Shown: one piece after another, positions 20,517 to 30,279 of the stretch
Layout of the letters: each line of letters begins with the position of its first letter
How positions within the stretch are numbered: the first letter of the stretch is position 1
NCBI GenBank assembly: GCA_963825505.1
Contig: CAWGTL010000008.1
Span: forward strand, 48,411-112,410
Length of the DNA: 64,000 nucleotides
Direction of reading: 5' to 3'
From: an uncultured Actinomycetota bacterium
GTDB taxonomy: Bacteria; Actinomycetota; Actinomycetes; Actinomycetales; CAWJMD01
Translations under genes and position numbers: made by a program
Notes under the pieces: model-generated
Told to the model about the DNA's origin: nothing
The model's database searches: none
The model's input: only the letters and a program-made list of their open reading frames with translations

Positions 20517-21604
20517 GACGCCACCGCCGTGGTCGCGCGTGCAGCGGGCGACGCGGGCCGCGCGAGCTCGCGCACCGCCGCGCCGAAGACCGCGGGCAGC
20601 AACCGGGCCGCCGGGACGATCACCCGCCGCACGGGAGGCAGCCGGGTGGCGTGCACCAGGCCGCCGGTGAGAGCCGCGTACCGGCGGTTGGCCGTCCGCC
20701 AGGCCGGCTCGTACCGAGCGGGGTCGTGGTGCAGCACGGCGTCGACGGCGCAGCGCGCCTGCACCAGGCCGAGGGCGACGCCCTCACCGGTGAGGGCGTC
20801 GACGTAGCCGGCCGCATCGCCCACGAGCAGGACGCGGCCGCTGACCCGGCGCGACGACCGCTGCCGGAGCGGGCCAGCACCGAGAGTTCCACCCACCACC
20901 TCCGCGTCGACGAGACGATCTGCGAGAGAGGGGAACTGGGTGACGAGCAGATCGAACCCGGCACGCTCACGGGTCAGGAGGGCGACCCCGACGAGGTCGT
21001 CGGCCACGGGGGTCACGTACGCCTCGGCCGTGGGCCCCCAGTGCACCTGCACGTGGTCGTCCCACGGCGCCAGACGGAGGTGCCGCCGCAGGCCGTGACG
21101 GGACGACGACGAGCGCACCGGGCGGTCGAGGCCGAGCTGCTTGCGTACGGGGGAGTGCAGTCCGTCGGCGGCCAGCAGGTACCGCGACCGCAGCGGGTCG
21201 GCGCCCTCGAGCCCCAGCACCACGGCGTCGTCGTCCTGCTGCACCGTGGTCGCGGTCACCCGCACCACCGGGACCCCGGCAGCCGTGACGGCCGCGCCGA
21301 GAGACCGCGCCAGCGCCGTGCGGCGCACACCGCGCCCGTCGCCGTGGCCGAAGGAGACCGCGACGTCGCGGCGTCCGTCGGTGTACCGGATGCCGGTGAG
21401 CGGCCGACCCGGGACGTCGACGCCGAGCTGCGCCAGCTCACGCAGCCCACCCGGCATGAGGCCCTCGCCGCACGCCTTGTCGACCGGTGGTGTCCGTCGC
21501 TCGACCACGACGACCGACAGCCCTGCACGTGCGGCCCGGAGCGCCGCCGCCAGGCCGACCGGCCCGCCGCCGACGACCACCAGGTCGAGCGAGGGGGTGC
21601 TCAC
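20513..21604 (-). CDS. FAD-dependent monooxygenase/oxidoreductase (SrsC/AgqB-position)
   Basis: LDLVVVGGGPVGLAAAL, DKACGEGLMPGG and LLVGDAAGYVDALTGEGVALG are present. Both ends overlap their neighbours by 4 nt. Confidence 0.85.
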   Translation of the reverse strand: MSTPSLDLVVVGGGPVGLAAALRAARAGLSVVVVERRTPPVDKACGEGLMPGGLRELAQLGVDVPGRPLTGIRYTDGRRDVAVSFGHGDGRGVRRTALARSLGAAVTAAGVPVVRVTATTVQQDDDAVVLGLEGADPLRSRYLLAADGLHSPVRKQLGLDRPVRSSSSRHGLRRHLRLAPWDDHVQVHWGPTAEAYVTPVADDLVGVALLTRERAGFDLLVTQFPSLADRLVDAEVVGGTLGAGPLRQRSSRRVSGRVLLVGDAAGYVDALTGEGVALGLVQARCAVDAVLHHDPARYEPAWRTANRRYAALTGGLVHATRLPPVRRVIVPAARLLPAVFGAAVRELARPASPAARATTAVAS

Positions 21605-22122
21605 GCGGCGGCCCCGGCCAGTGCACGGTCCTCGACGCGGACCCGCGTCCGCAGCAGGACGGCGTTGAGCACGGTGAACGCCGTGGCCGTGAGCCAGGCG
21701 GTGTGCACGAGGGGCAGCGCCACTCCCTCCACCACCACCGCGACGTAGTTGGGGTGCCGAAGGAACCGGTACGGGCCGCGGGTGACCAGCTCGTCACCCG
21801 GGACGACCACGACGCGGGTCGACCAGTGCCGCCCGAGCGAGGTGATGCACCACCACCGCAGCGCCTGCGATGCCACGGCCAGCGCGAGGGCCGTCCACCC
21901 GAGCACGGGGTGGAACACCCGGCCCAGCAGCCACACCTCGAGCAGCGCGCCCACCAGGAACCCGGTGTGCAGGAGCACCATCGCCGGGTAGTGCGATCGA
22001 CCGTGCTCGGCTCCGCCACGCGCCAGCGCCCACGCCACGTTGCGCCGGGTCAGCAGCAGCTCGGCCAGCCGTTCCAGGCCGACCAGCAGCAGCAGCACGG
22101 TGAACCACTCCTGCGAGCCCAT
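21601..22122 (-). CDS. isoprenylcysteine carboxyl methyltransferase (ICMT)-family methyltransferase
   Basis: Start at MGSQEWFTVLLLL (TGATG overlap with the PKS stop). LVTRGPYRFLRHPNYVAVVVEGVALPL is the ICMT/PEMT signature. Confidence 0.85.
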   Translation of the reverse strand: MGSQEWFTVLLLLVGLERLAELLLTRRNVAWALARGGAEHGRSHYPAMVLLHTGFLVGALLEVWLLGRVFHPVLGWTALALAVASQALRWWCITSLGRHWSTRVVVVPGDELVTRGPYRFLRHPNYVAVVVEGVALPLVHTAWLTATAFTVLNAVLLRTRVRVEDRALAGAAA

Positions 22123-23207
22123 CACGCAGCCGGTTCCGGCGACGCCGCGCCGTCGGATGCGCGCAGCAGCACGGTCTCCAGGCAGAACCCCGGCCCCATC
22201 GCCATCAGCACCCCGTGCGTCCGGGCGGGGGGCGCGTGGTCGCGCAGGGTGTCCTCGAGCACGTGCAGGACCGACGCGGACGACAGGTTGCCGATCCGGT
22301 CCAGCGAGGCCCAGGTGACGCCGAGCGCCTCGCGCGGCACCTCGAGCGCGGTGGCGAGGGCCTCGAGCACCTTCGGGCCGCCGGGGTGGGCCACCCACCA
22401 CGCCACGTCGTCCCGGGTGAGGGCGCTCTCGGCGAGGAACCGGTCGACGTCGTCGCCCACGTGGCTGCGGACCAGCTCGGGCACCTCGACGCCGAGCACG
22501 ACCTTGAGGCCGCCGGAACCGACGTCCCAGCCCATCGCCCGCTGCGTGCCGGGGTAGAGGCGGCTCCGGCTCGCGAGCACCTCCGGCCCGGCGTCGCCCC
22601 GGTCGGCGCCGGTCATCACGACCGCCGCGGCCCCGTCGCCGAACAGGCCGGTGGCCACCAGGTTCGCCGGCGAGGTGTCGTCACGCTGCAGGGTGAGGCT
22701 GCACAGCTCCACCGCCAGCAGCACCGCGACGTGCCCGGGGTGCCCGACGAGGTGGTCGTGCAGCCGGGCGACGCCGGCCGCCCCGGCCACGCAGCCGAGC
22801 CCGAACAGCGGGACGCGGCGGACGTCCTCCCGCATCCCGACCGCTGCGGCGACGCGGGCGTCGATCGACGGCACTGCCAGCCCGGTGACGGTCGTGGACA
22901 TCACGACGTCGACGTCCTGGGGGGTGAGGCCGGCGTCGGCCAGGGCCAGGAGCAGCGCCTCGGACGCGAGATCGACCGCGACCCGGAGGAACTCGTCGTT
23001 GGCCTTGCCGAAGTCGTCGAGGGACGCGTACCGCTCCAGCGGCAGAGCGAGGTGCCGGGTGCTGACACCCGCGTTGGCGTGCAGCCGCTGCAGCGCCCCC
23101 ACCTGGTGCCCCGTGACCCCGATCGTGGACGCCAACGCGGCCGTGATGTCGGCCTGGTCGTACCGGTGGCGGGGCAGGGTGCCGCGGACGGCGGCGATGC
23201 GGGTCAC
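22122..23207 (-). CDS. type III polyketide synthase (chalcone/stilbene synthase family)
   Basis: 361 aa. The active-site Cys context is PLFGLGCVAGAAG. ELCSLTLQ, the C-terminal WVAHPGGPKVL and GVLMAMGPGF are also present. Confidence 0.9.
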   Translation of the reverse strand: MTRIAAVRGTLPRHRYDQADITAALASTIGVTGHQVGALQRLHANAGVSTRHLALPLERYASLDDFGKANDEFLRVAVDLASEALLLALADAGLTPQDVDVVMSTTVTGLAVPSIDARVAAAVGMREDVRRVPLFGLGCVAGAAGVARLHDHLVGHPGHVAVLLAVELCSLTLQRDDTSPANLVATGLFGDGAAAVVMTGADRGDAGPEVLASRSRLYPGTQRAMGWDVGSGGLKVVLGVEVPELVRSHVGDDVDRFLAESALTRDDVAWWVAHPGGPKVLEALATALEVPREALGVTWASLDRIGNLSSASVLHVLEDTLRDHAPPARTHGVLMAMGPGFCLETVLLRASDGAASPEPAA

Positions 23208-23256
23208 CTGCGGCTCCTGTCGGTCGTGCTCGGCCTCTGCACCCTAACCTCGCCCC

Positions 23257-24087
23257 GTGACCGCCACCACCGGCGCCCGGGCGTCGCTGCCGCTCGCCCT
23301 CCTCGGCTCCTGCCACCCGGGCCCGACCGCGGCCGTCACCGGGCTCACCGCTCTGCTCGCGGTCTCGGGCGGCACCGGCTGGTCCCGGGGGCTGCTCGTC
23401 GTGGCGGCGGTGCTGGCCGGCCAGCTCTCGATCGGCTGGGCCAACGACCTGCTGGACGCCGACCGCGACCGCGCGTCCGGGCGCTCCGACAAGCCGGTCG
23501 CTGCGGGCGCCGTCCGGCCCGGCGTCCTGCGCGTCGCGATCGGCGTGGCGCTGGTCGCGTGCGTGGCGCTGTCCCTGGCCTGCGGCGTCGTGGCCGGTCT
23601 CGTGCACCTGGTGGGCGTCGCCATGGGGTGGGCGCACGACCTCGGGGCCAAGCGCACCGTCCTGTCGCCGCTGCCCTACGCCGTCGCCTTCGCCGCGCTA
23701 CCGGCCTTCGTCGGCCTGGCCGGTCCGGACGGGCTCCCGCCCGCGTGGGTGCTCGGGTGCGGCGCGGTGCTCGGCGTCGCGGCGCACCTGCTGAACGCGC
23801 TGCCCGATCTCGCCGACGACGTCGCCACCGGCGTGGTGGGGCTGCCGCAGCGGCTCGGCGCCACCTGGGTGCGGGTGCTCGCCCCGGTGCTGCTCCTGGC
23901 CGGGACGGTGCTCGCGGTGGTGCGCCCTGGCGAGCCAGGGCCGGTCCCGTGGTGGGCGTGGGCGGCGCTCGCGCTGGGCGCAGCGCTGGCCGCCGTGGCG
24001 GGGTCGCGCACCGGGCGGGTGCCCTTCGCGGCGGCCGTCGCCGTCGCGCTCGTGTGCGTGGTCCTGCTGGTCGTCCGCTCGGCGTGA
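23257..24087 (+). CDS. UbiA-family aromatic prenyltransferase
   Basis: Polytopic protein with a first Asp-rich motif GWANDLLDADRDRASGRSDKPV and a second NALPDLADD. It is divergent from the PKS operon. Confidence 0.85.
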   Translation: MTATTGARASLPLALLGSCHPGPTAAVTGLTALLAVSGGTGWSRGLLVVAAVLAGQLSIGWANDLLDADRDRASGRSDKPVAAGAVRPGVLRVAIGVALVACVALSLACGVVAGLVHLVGVAMGWAHDLGAKRTVLSPLPYAVAFAALPAFVGLAGPDGLPPAWVLGCGAVLGVAAHLLNALPDLADDVATGVVGLPQRLGATWVRVLAPVLLLAGTVLAVVRPGEPGPVPWWAWAALALGAALAAVAGSRTGRVPFAAAVAVALVCVVLLVVRSA

Positions 24088-24173
24088 CGGTCGACACGTC
24101 GTCCCGAGTGGCCGGACCACCGGGGGACGCGTAGGAAGGAGGCAGAACGAGTCCCCGAGCGAAAGGCATCGCC

Positions 24174-24644
24174 ATGGCCCAGGTCCAGGAGTCCGTCGAC
24201 GTCGACGTCCCCGTCCGCACCGCGTACGACCAGTGGACGCAGTTCGAGAGCTTCCCCCACTTCATGGAGGGGGTCGAGTCGATCACGCAGGTCGACGACA
24301 CCCACAACCACTGGGTGACGAAGGTCGGTGGCGTGGAGCGCGAGTTCGACACCGAGATCACCGAGCAGACGCCGGACGAGCGCATCGCCTGGCACAGCAT
24401 CGGTGGCGAGACCAAGCACGCCGGCGTGGTGACCTTCCACCGGATCAGCGACACCACGAGCCGCGTGATGATCCAGATCGACTGGGAGCCCGAGGGTCTG
24501 GTCGAGAAGGCCGGCGCCGCCATCGGCGCCGACGACCACCGGGTCAAGGCCGACGCCAAGCGCTTCAAGGAGTTCGTCGAGAGCCGCGGCACCGAGACCG
24601 GTGCCTGGCGCGGCGAGGTCGACGCCCCGCCGCAGAACGGCTGA
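24174..24644 (+). CDS. SRPBCC (cyclase/dehydrase-like) family protein
   Basis: VRTAYDQWTQFESFPHFMEGVESITQVDDTHNHWVTKVGGVEREFDTEITEQTPDERIAWHS is a typical SRPBCC sequence. Confidence 0.85.
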   Translation: MAQVQESVDVDVPVRTAYDQWTQFESFPHFMEGVESITQVDDTHNHWVTKVGGVEREFDTEITEQTPDERIAWHSIGGETKHAGVVTFHRISDTTSRVMIQIDWEPEGLVEKAGAAIGADDHRVKADAKRFKEFVESRGTETGAWRGEVDAPPQNG

Positions 24645-24652
24645 CGCACGAC

Positions 24653-25357
24653 GTGGACGAGGCGCCCGGGCACGCACCGAGACTGGTGCTGACCCGGGCG
24701 CCTCGACGTCCGCAGGGCGTCGTCCTGCTCCTGCACGGGGGAGGGGGCGGGTCGCAGACGCAGGCGGTCGGCGCCACCCAGCCGTCCGTGCTCCGGATGT
24801 GGTCGACCGCGGCCGCCGTGGTGCGCGCGGGTCGTGGGCACCTGGTGGTGGCGCGGCTCCTGAACGCGACCCGCGGCTGGGGATCCGACGCCGGTCCGGT
24901 GCGCGACGTCCACTGGGCGTTGGACCGTCTCGGCGAGCGGTTCGGCGGGCTGCCCACCGCCCTGGTCGGGCACTCCCTCGGTGGCAGGGCGGCCCTCGTG
25001 GCGTCCGATCGTGACGAGGTGCGCTCCGCCGTCGCCCTGGCGGCGTGGACGGTGCCGGGCGACGCCCGGCGGGTGCGCGAGCGGCAGCTGCTCTTCGTGC
25101 ACGGGACGACCGATCGGGTCGCGCCCCTGGCGCGGGCGGAGGCGGTCGCCCGCGACCTCGAGGCGGCCAACGAGGTGTTCTTCGTCCGGCTGGACGGCGC
25201 CGGCCACGCCTTGCTGCGCGAGGCCTGGCAGGTCGACGCGCTGGCGGCGGACTTCGCACGCTCGACCTTGCTCCGCGTGCCCCCTCGGCTGGCGTCGACC
25301 CGCCGCGCGCTGCACGGTGCTTCATCCGGCGAGCGCGACGCGGAGGTGGAGCGGTGA
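24653..25357 (+). CDS. alpha/beta hydrolase
   Basis: Start at the GTG at 24653. VVLLLHGGG, a nucleophile elbow GHSLGG, and [11 protein letters not shown]...GAGHALL are present. Confidence 0.65.
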   Translation: MDEAPGHAPRLVLTRAPRRPQGVVLLLHGGGGGSQTQAVGATQPSVLRMWSTAAAVVRAGRGHLVVARLLNATRGWGSDAGPVRDVHWALDRLGERFGGLPTALVGHSLGGRAALVASDRDEVRSAVALAAWTVPGDARRVRERQLLFVHGTTDRVAPLARAEAVARDLEAANEVFFVRLDGAGHALLREAWQVDALAADFARSTLLRVPPRLASTRRALHGASSGERDAEVER

Positions 25358-25800
25358 TGGCACCACGGGACCGGGAGCGGGCGGCCGCCGACGAGGACCT
25401 GCCGAGCACGTTGCGGCGGAGCAAGGCCTACGCACGCAGGACGTGGTCGGCCGCCCACGACGCGGCGGTCGAGCAGTACGGCGAGGGCGAGCGCGCGCAG
25501 CGCACCGCCTGGGCGGCCCTCAAGCACACGCACGAGAAGGTCGGCGACCACTGGGAGCAGAAGGAGGGCGGTCGCCGCGGTCCCTCCGACGAGCAGGCCG
25601 CCGAGGGCGGCGCCGCCACCGACCTCGGCACGGCCGGCGGCGTCGACACGGCGGCGACCAAGGAGCACCTCCTCGGCATCGCACGACGGCTCGACGTGCG
25701 CGGCCGCTCGCGGATGACCAAGGCCGAGCTGGTCGAGGCGGTGGCGCGCGCCAACGACCGCGCCACCGCCGGAAGCCGCGAGCGCGACCAGGACCGCTGA
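25357..25800 (+). CDS. ChaB-family protein with a C-terminal Rho_N-like domain
   Basis: The ATG overlaps the upstream stop (TGATG). [47 protein letters not shown] is ChaB-like. [29 protein letters not shown] is Rho-N/SAP-like. Confidence 0.6.
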   Translation: MAPRDRERAAADEDLPSTLRRSKAYARRTWSAAHDAAVEQYGEGERAQRTAWAALKHTHEKVGDHWEQKEGGRRGPSDEQAAEGGAATDLGTAGGVDTAATKEHLLGIARRLDVRGRSRMTKAELVEAVARANDRATAGSRERDQDR

Positions 25801-25847
25801 GCGCGTCGCGAGCGGCGTGCGCGCCCCGCCCGTGGTTCGCTGGTGAC

Positions 25848-26624
25848 GTGCCAGCACCCGAGCCGGGACCACTCGGCCTGCCGCCCACCTGCGAGGCCTG
25901 CCTCTTCGACCTCGACGGTGTCCTCACCGACACCGCCAGCGTCCACACCCGGGCGTGGACCACCACCTTCGACGCCTTCCTGCGCGAGCGGGCCGAGGCG
26001 ACGGGTGAGCCGTTCACCCCGTTCGACCCGCACGAGGACTACCTCGCGTACGTCGACGGCCGACCTCGCCAGGACGGCGTGCGCGAGTTCCTGCGCAGCC
26101 GTGGCATCGAGCTACCTGAGGGCGGCCCGGACGACGCCGCCGACCAGGACACCGTCTGGGGCGTGGGCAACCGCAAGAACGTCGAGTTCCAGCGGACCCT
26201 GCGCGAGGACGGCGTCACGGTGTTCGAGGGCTCGCGGCGGTACCTCGCTGCGGCGCGCGAGGCCGGGCTCGGCATCGCGGTGGTGTCGTCGAGCGCCAAC
26301 ACGGCCGACGTCCTGGAGCTGACCGGCCTCGCGCAGTTCGTGCAGCACCGCGTCGACGGCGTGACGCTGCGCGAGGAAGGCATCAGGGGCAAACCTGCGC
26401 CGGACTCGTTCCTGCGGGCAGCAGAGCTGCTCGGCGTGCTGCCCGCCGCGGCGGCCGTGTTCGAGGACGCCATCTCCGGGGTGCAGGCCGGCCGCGCCGG
26501 CGACTTCGGTTGCGTCGTGGGCGTCGACCGCGCCGGCCACGCGGACGCCCTGCGCCGCGGCGGCGCCGACGTCGTCGTCGAGGACCTGGCAGACCTGCTC
26601 GTGAGCGAGCGGAGCGTGCCGTGA
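25848..26624 (+). CDS. beta-phosphoglucomutase-family HAD hydrolase
   Basis: [20 protein letters not shown] (DxDG), [15 protein letters not shown] and [15 protein letters not shown] are present. It is coupled by a GTGA overlap to the GH65 gene. Confidence 0.8.
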   Translation: MPAPEPGPLGLPPTCEACLFDLDGVLTDTASVHTRAWTTTFDAFLRERAEATGEPFTPFDPHEDYLAYVDGRPRQDGVREFLRSRGIELPEGGPDDAADQDTVWGVGNRKNVEFQRTLREDGVTVFEGSRRYLAAAREAGLGIAVVSSSANTADVLELTGLAQFVQHRVDGVTLREEGIRGKPAPDSFLRAAELLGVLPAAAAVFEDAISGVQAGRAGDFGCVVGVDRAGHADALRRGGADVVVEDLADLLVSERSVP

Positions 26625-28981
26625 TCGCGGGTGAGATCTTCCCGGTCGAGCCGTGGCAGCTGCGCGAGACGCGGCTGGACCTGAAGCTGCTCGCCGAGTC
26701 CGAGTCGCTGTTCGCCCTCTCCAACGGCCACATCGGCCTGCGCGGCAACCTCGACGAGGGCGAGCCCTACGGGCTCCCGGGCACCTACCTCGGGTCGTTC
26801 TACGAGACCCGCCCGCTGCCGTACGCCGAGGCCGGCTTCGGCTACCCCGAGGACGGGCAGTCCGTCGTCGACGTCACGAACGGCAAGATCCTGCGGCTGC
26901 TCGTCGACGACGAGCCGTTCGACGTGCGGTACGGCGAGCTGATCGAGCACGAGCGCGTCCTCGACCTGCGCGCCGGCACATTGCGCCGCTCCCTGCGCTG
27001 GCGCTCGCCCGCCGGTCGGCTGGTCGACGTCGAGAGCACCCGTCTGGTGTCGTTCGACCACCGCAGCGTCGCGGCGCTGGAGTACGTCGTGCGCGCCGTC
27101 GACGAGACCACCCGCGTCACGATCCAGTCCGAGCTCGTCGCCAACGAGGACCAGCCGCCGCAGAGCAAGGACCCGCGGGTGGCCGCCGCGATGGCCGAGG
27201 TCCTGGAGGCGGTCCACCACGAGCACTCCGAGCGGGGGGCGCTCCTCGTGCACCGCACCCGTCGCAGCGACCTGATGATGGCGGCCGGGATGGCCCACAC
27301 CATCGAGGCCTCCGGACGGATGGCGGTGGAGACCGACTCGGGTGAGGACTGGGCCCGCACCACGGTGACCACCGAGCTCCAGCCCGGGCAGAAGGTGCGG
27401 GTGCTCAAGTACCTCGCCTACGGCTGGTCGAGCCTGCGCTCCCGCCCCGCCCTCCGCGACCAGGTCGCGGCTGCCCTGACCTCGGCGAGGTACACCGGCT
27501 GGGACGGGCTGCTGGACGACCAGCGCGCGTACCTCGAGGCCTTCTGGGACAGCGCCGACGTGGAGGTCGAGGGCGACCCCGACATCCAGCAGGCGGTGCG
27601 GTTCGCGCTCTTCCACGTGCTGCAGGCCAGCGCCCGCACCGAGCGCCGTGCCATCGCCGGCAAGGGACTCACCGGCCCCGGTTACGACGGCCACGCGTTC
27701 TGGGACACCGAGACGTTCGTCCTGCCCGTCCTCACCTACACCCTGCCGCACGCCGCCGCCGACGCCCTGCGCTGGCGCGCCTCGACGCTGAACCTGGCGA
27801 AGGAGCGCGCAGCGCAGCTCGACCTGGAGGGGGCGTCCTTCCCCTGGCGCACCATCCGCGGGCAGGAGTGCTCTGCGTACTGGCCGGCGGGGACCGCCGC
27901 GTGGCACGTGAACGCCGACGTCGCAGCGGCTTTCGAGCGCTACCGGCTCGTCACCGGTGACCACGACCTCGAGGCCGAGTGCGGCCTGCGCGTGCTGGTC
28001 GAGACGGCGCGTCTGTGGATCTCGCTGGGTCACCACGACCGGCACGGCATCTGGCACATCGACGGCGTCACCGGTCCGGACGAGTACACCGCGGTCGTGC
28101 GCGACAACGTGTTCACCAACCTGATGGCGGCGCACAACCTCGGTTCCGCCGCGGCCGCGTGCGAGCGCCGGCAGGACCAGGCCGCCGACCTGGGCGTCGA
28201 CCACGAGGAGATGGCCCGGTGGCGCGACGCCGCGGCCGCGGTGCACGTGCCGTACGACGAGGAGCTCGGGGTGCACGAGCAGTCGGCCGGGTTCACCACG
28301 TTGCAGGAATGGGACTTCCACCACAACGCGCAGTACCCGCTGCTGCTCAACGAGCCCTACGTCCGGCTGTACCCGGCGCAGGTGATCAAGCAGGCCGACC
28401 TCGTCCTCGCGATGCAGATGCAGGGCCACCTGTTCACGCCGGAGCAGAAGGCGCGCAACGTCGACTACTACGAGCGCCGCACCGTGCGCGACTCGTCGCT
28501 GTCGGCGTGCACGCAGGCGGTGATGTGCGCCGAGGTCGGTCACCTGCAGCTCGCGCACGACTACGCGTACGAGGCCGCGATGGTCGACCTGCGCGACCTG
28601 CACCACAACACCAAGGACGGCCTGCACATGGCCTCGCTGGCCGGCACCTGGACCGCCTTGGTCCAGGGGTTCGGTGGTCTGCGCGACGACGAGGGCGTCC
28701 TGGCCCTCGACCCGGCGCTACCCAGCAGCATCGCCCGGCTGCGCTTCCGGTTGCGCTGGCGCGACATGCGGCTGACCGTCGACGTCACGCACGACGACGT
28801 CACCTACACGCTCCGGGACGGGTCGGACGCGGTGCTCGAGCTGCAGCACGCCGGCGAGGTGCTGGAGGTGGGTACCGACGCCCCCGTCACGGTCCAGCTG
28901 CGCACGCGGCGACCGCTGATGCCCACCCCCGAGCAGCCGCCGGGCCGGCGACCGGCGAGCCGGGCGCCGTCAGGATCCTGA
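26621..28981 (+). CDS. glycoside hydrolase family 65 disaccharide phosphorylase (kojibiose/trehalose/maltose phosphorylase type)
   Basis: 786 aa from the GTG at 26621. [56 protein letters not shown] and [15 protein letters not shown] are GH65 hallmarks. Confidence 0.9.
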   Translation: MIAGEIFPVEPWQLRETRLDLKLLAESESLFALSNGHIGLRGNLDEGEPYGLPGTYLGSFYETRPLPYAEAGFGYPEDGQSVVDVTNGKILRLLVDDEPFDVRYGELIEHERVLDLRAGTLRRSLRWRSPAGRLVDVESTRLVSFDHRSVAALEYVVRAVDETTRVTIQSELVANEDQPPQSKDPRVAAAMAEVLEAVHHEHSERGALLVHRTRRSDLMMAAGMAHTIEASGRMAVETDSGEDWARTTVTTELQPGQKVRVLKYLAYGWSSLRSRPALRDQVAAALTSARYTGWDGLLDDQRAYLEAFWDSADVEVEGDPDIQQAVRFALFHVLQASARTERRAIAGKGLTGPGYDGHAFWDTETFVLPVLTYTLPHAAADALRWRASTLNLAKERAAQLDLEGASFPWRTIRGQECSAYWPAGTAAWHVNADVAAAFERYRLVTGDHDLEAECGLRVLVETARLWISLGHHDRHGIWHIDGVTGPDEYTAVVRDNVFTNLMAAHNLGSAAAACERRQDQAADLGVDHEEMARWRDAAAAVHVPYDEELGVHEQSAGFTTLQEWDFHHNAQYPLLLNEPYVRLYPAQVIKQADLVLAMQMQGHLFTPEQKARNVDYYERRTVRDSSLSACTQAVMCAEVGHLQLAHDYAYEAAMVDLRDLHHNTKDGLHMASLAGTWTALVQGFGGLRDDEGVLALDPALPSSIARLRFRLRWRDMRLTVDVTHDDVTYTLRDGSDAVLELQHAGEVLEVGTDAPVTVQLRTRRPLMPTPEQPPGRRPASRAPSGS

Positions 28982-28985
28982 CGGG

Positions 28986-30068
28986 TCAAGCCATCTCGGC
29001 GGAGCCGCCGGCCGCCGACGCGGCTGCGACGACCTGGCCGCCGGACGAGCGCCGGACCACCAGCTCGGGTCTGAACTGGACCTGCCGGTGCGTGACGCCA
29101 CGGCCGGCGTCCTGCGCTGCGATCTGCTCGTGCAGGAGCTGGGCGCCGGTACGGCCGAGGTCGTCCCGCGGTTGGCGCACGGAGGTCAGCGGCACGGCGG
29201 CCGAGGCGGCGAAGTCGATGTCGTCGTAGCCCACCAGCGCGACGTCCTCCGGCACCCGCAACCCGTGCCGAAGCAGCCCCTGGAGGAGGCCGATGGCGAC
29301 CAGGTCGTTGGCGGCGAACAGGGCGGTGGGGCGCATCCGGGACGGCATCGACACCAGCTCGTCGGCGAAGGAGCGACCCGCCTCGGTCGTGAGGTCGGCG
29401 ACCGACGCCGCCAGCAGCCGGGCGTCGGTGGCACCAGCCGCACGGGCGGACTCGACGGCGTCCTCGGCACCGCGCCGGCGGTCGCGCACCTGGCGCAGCG
29501 TGGACGGACCACCCACGAAGGCGACGTTGCGGTGCCCGAGCTCGAGCAGGTGCTCTGCCGCCAGGCGCCCGCCGGTGACGTCGTCGACGGTGACCGACGA
29601 GAACGGGCTGCCGTCGGGGAACCGGTCGAGGAACACGACCGGGATGTGCAGGCGGGTCAGCCGCTCGAGGGGGAGCGGGTCCTCGCTGCAGGGGGCGATG
29701 AGCACCCCGCGCACCCGCGTCTCCTCGAACAGCTCGAGGTACCGCCGCTCACGCCGCGGGTCGCCCGCGCTGTTGCCGAGCAGGACCACGCCGCCGGCGG
29801 CGTCGACCTCGTCCTCCACGCCGCGCGCGACGTCGGCGAAGAACGGGTTGGCGGCGTCGATGACGACCAGGCCGATCGCCCGGCCACGACCGGCTCGCAG
29901 CTGGCGGGCGGACTCGTTGCGGACGAAGCCCAGCCGGTCGATCACCGCCTGGACGCGCTCGAGCGTCTCGGGAGCGACCGACTCCGGCCGGTTGAGCACG
30001 TTCGACACGGTGCCCACGGAGACGCCTGCGGCGTGCGCCACGTCCTTGATGCCGATCCGCTGACCCAC
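28986..30068 (-). CDS. LacI-family transcriptional repressor
   Basis: N-terminal HTH IGIKDVAHAAGVSVGTVSNVLNRP with a periplasmic-binding-fold C-terminus. Start set at the GTG at 30068, which has GAGGAGG 6 nt upstream. Confidence 0.9.
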   Translation of the reverse strand: MGQRIGIKDVAHAAGVSVGTVSNVLNRPESVAPETLERVQAVIDRLGFVRNESARQLRAGRGRAIGLVVIDAANPFFADVARGVEDEVDAAGGVVLLGNSAGDPRRERRYLELFEETRVRGVLIAPCSEDPLPLERLTRLHIPVVFLDRFPDGSPFSSVTVDDVTGGRLAAEHLLELGHRNVAFVGGPSTLRQVRDRRRGAEDAVESARAAGATDARLLAASVADLTTEAGRSFADELVSMPSRMRPTALFAANDLVAIGLLQGLLRHGLRVPEDVALVGYDDIDFAASAAVPLTSVRQPRDDLGRTGAQLLHEQIAAQDAGRGVTHRQVQFRPELVVRRSSGGQVVAAASAAGGSAEMA

Positions 30069-30140
30069 TGCGCACCTCCTCACCCGACGTGGACCCGAGA
30101 TGGTCGTCCGGGCTCCGCGCCATCATGCACCAGACACCCG

Positions 30141-30152
30141 TGAACCGTTTCA
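30141..30152. promoter_or_regulatory. putative LacI-family operator half-palindrome TGAACCGTTTCA
   Basis: It lies in the divergent LacI/ABC intergenic region and fits the generic LacI operator pattern TGnAAnCGnTTnCA. Confidence 0.5.
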
Positions 30153-30217
30153 GCGCCACCCCGGCAGATAGACGCTCTTGACGACCGAGTGGGACTGGAT
30201 TACTGTGCCGCCACGCG

Positions 30218-30231
30218 TTGAAACGATTCAA
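30218..30231. promoter_or_regulatory. putative LacI-family operator TTGAAACGATTCAA
   Basis: Second near-palindrome (TTGAA-ACGA-TTCAA), about 50 nt upstream of the substrate-binding-protein start. Confidence 0.5.
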
Positions 30232-30279
30232 CGCCGAGACCGGCGGCAGCGCCGCCCCCGAGTCCCGGAGGACCCCACG

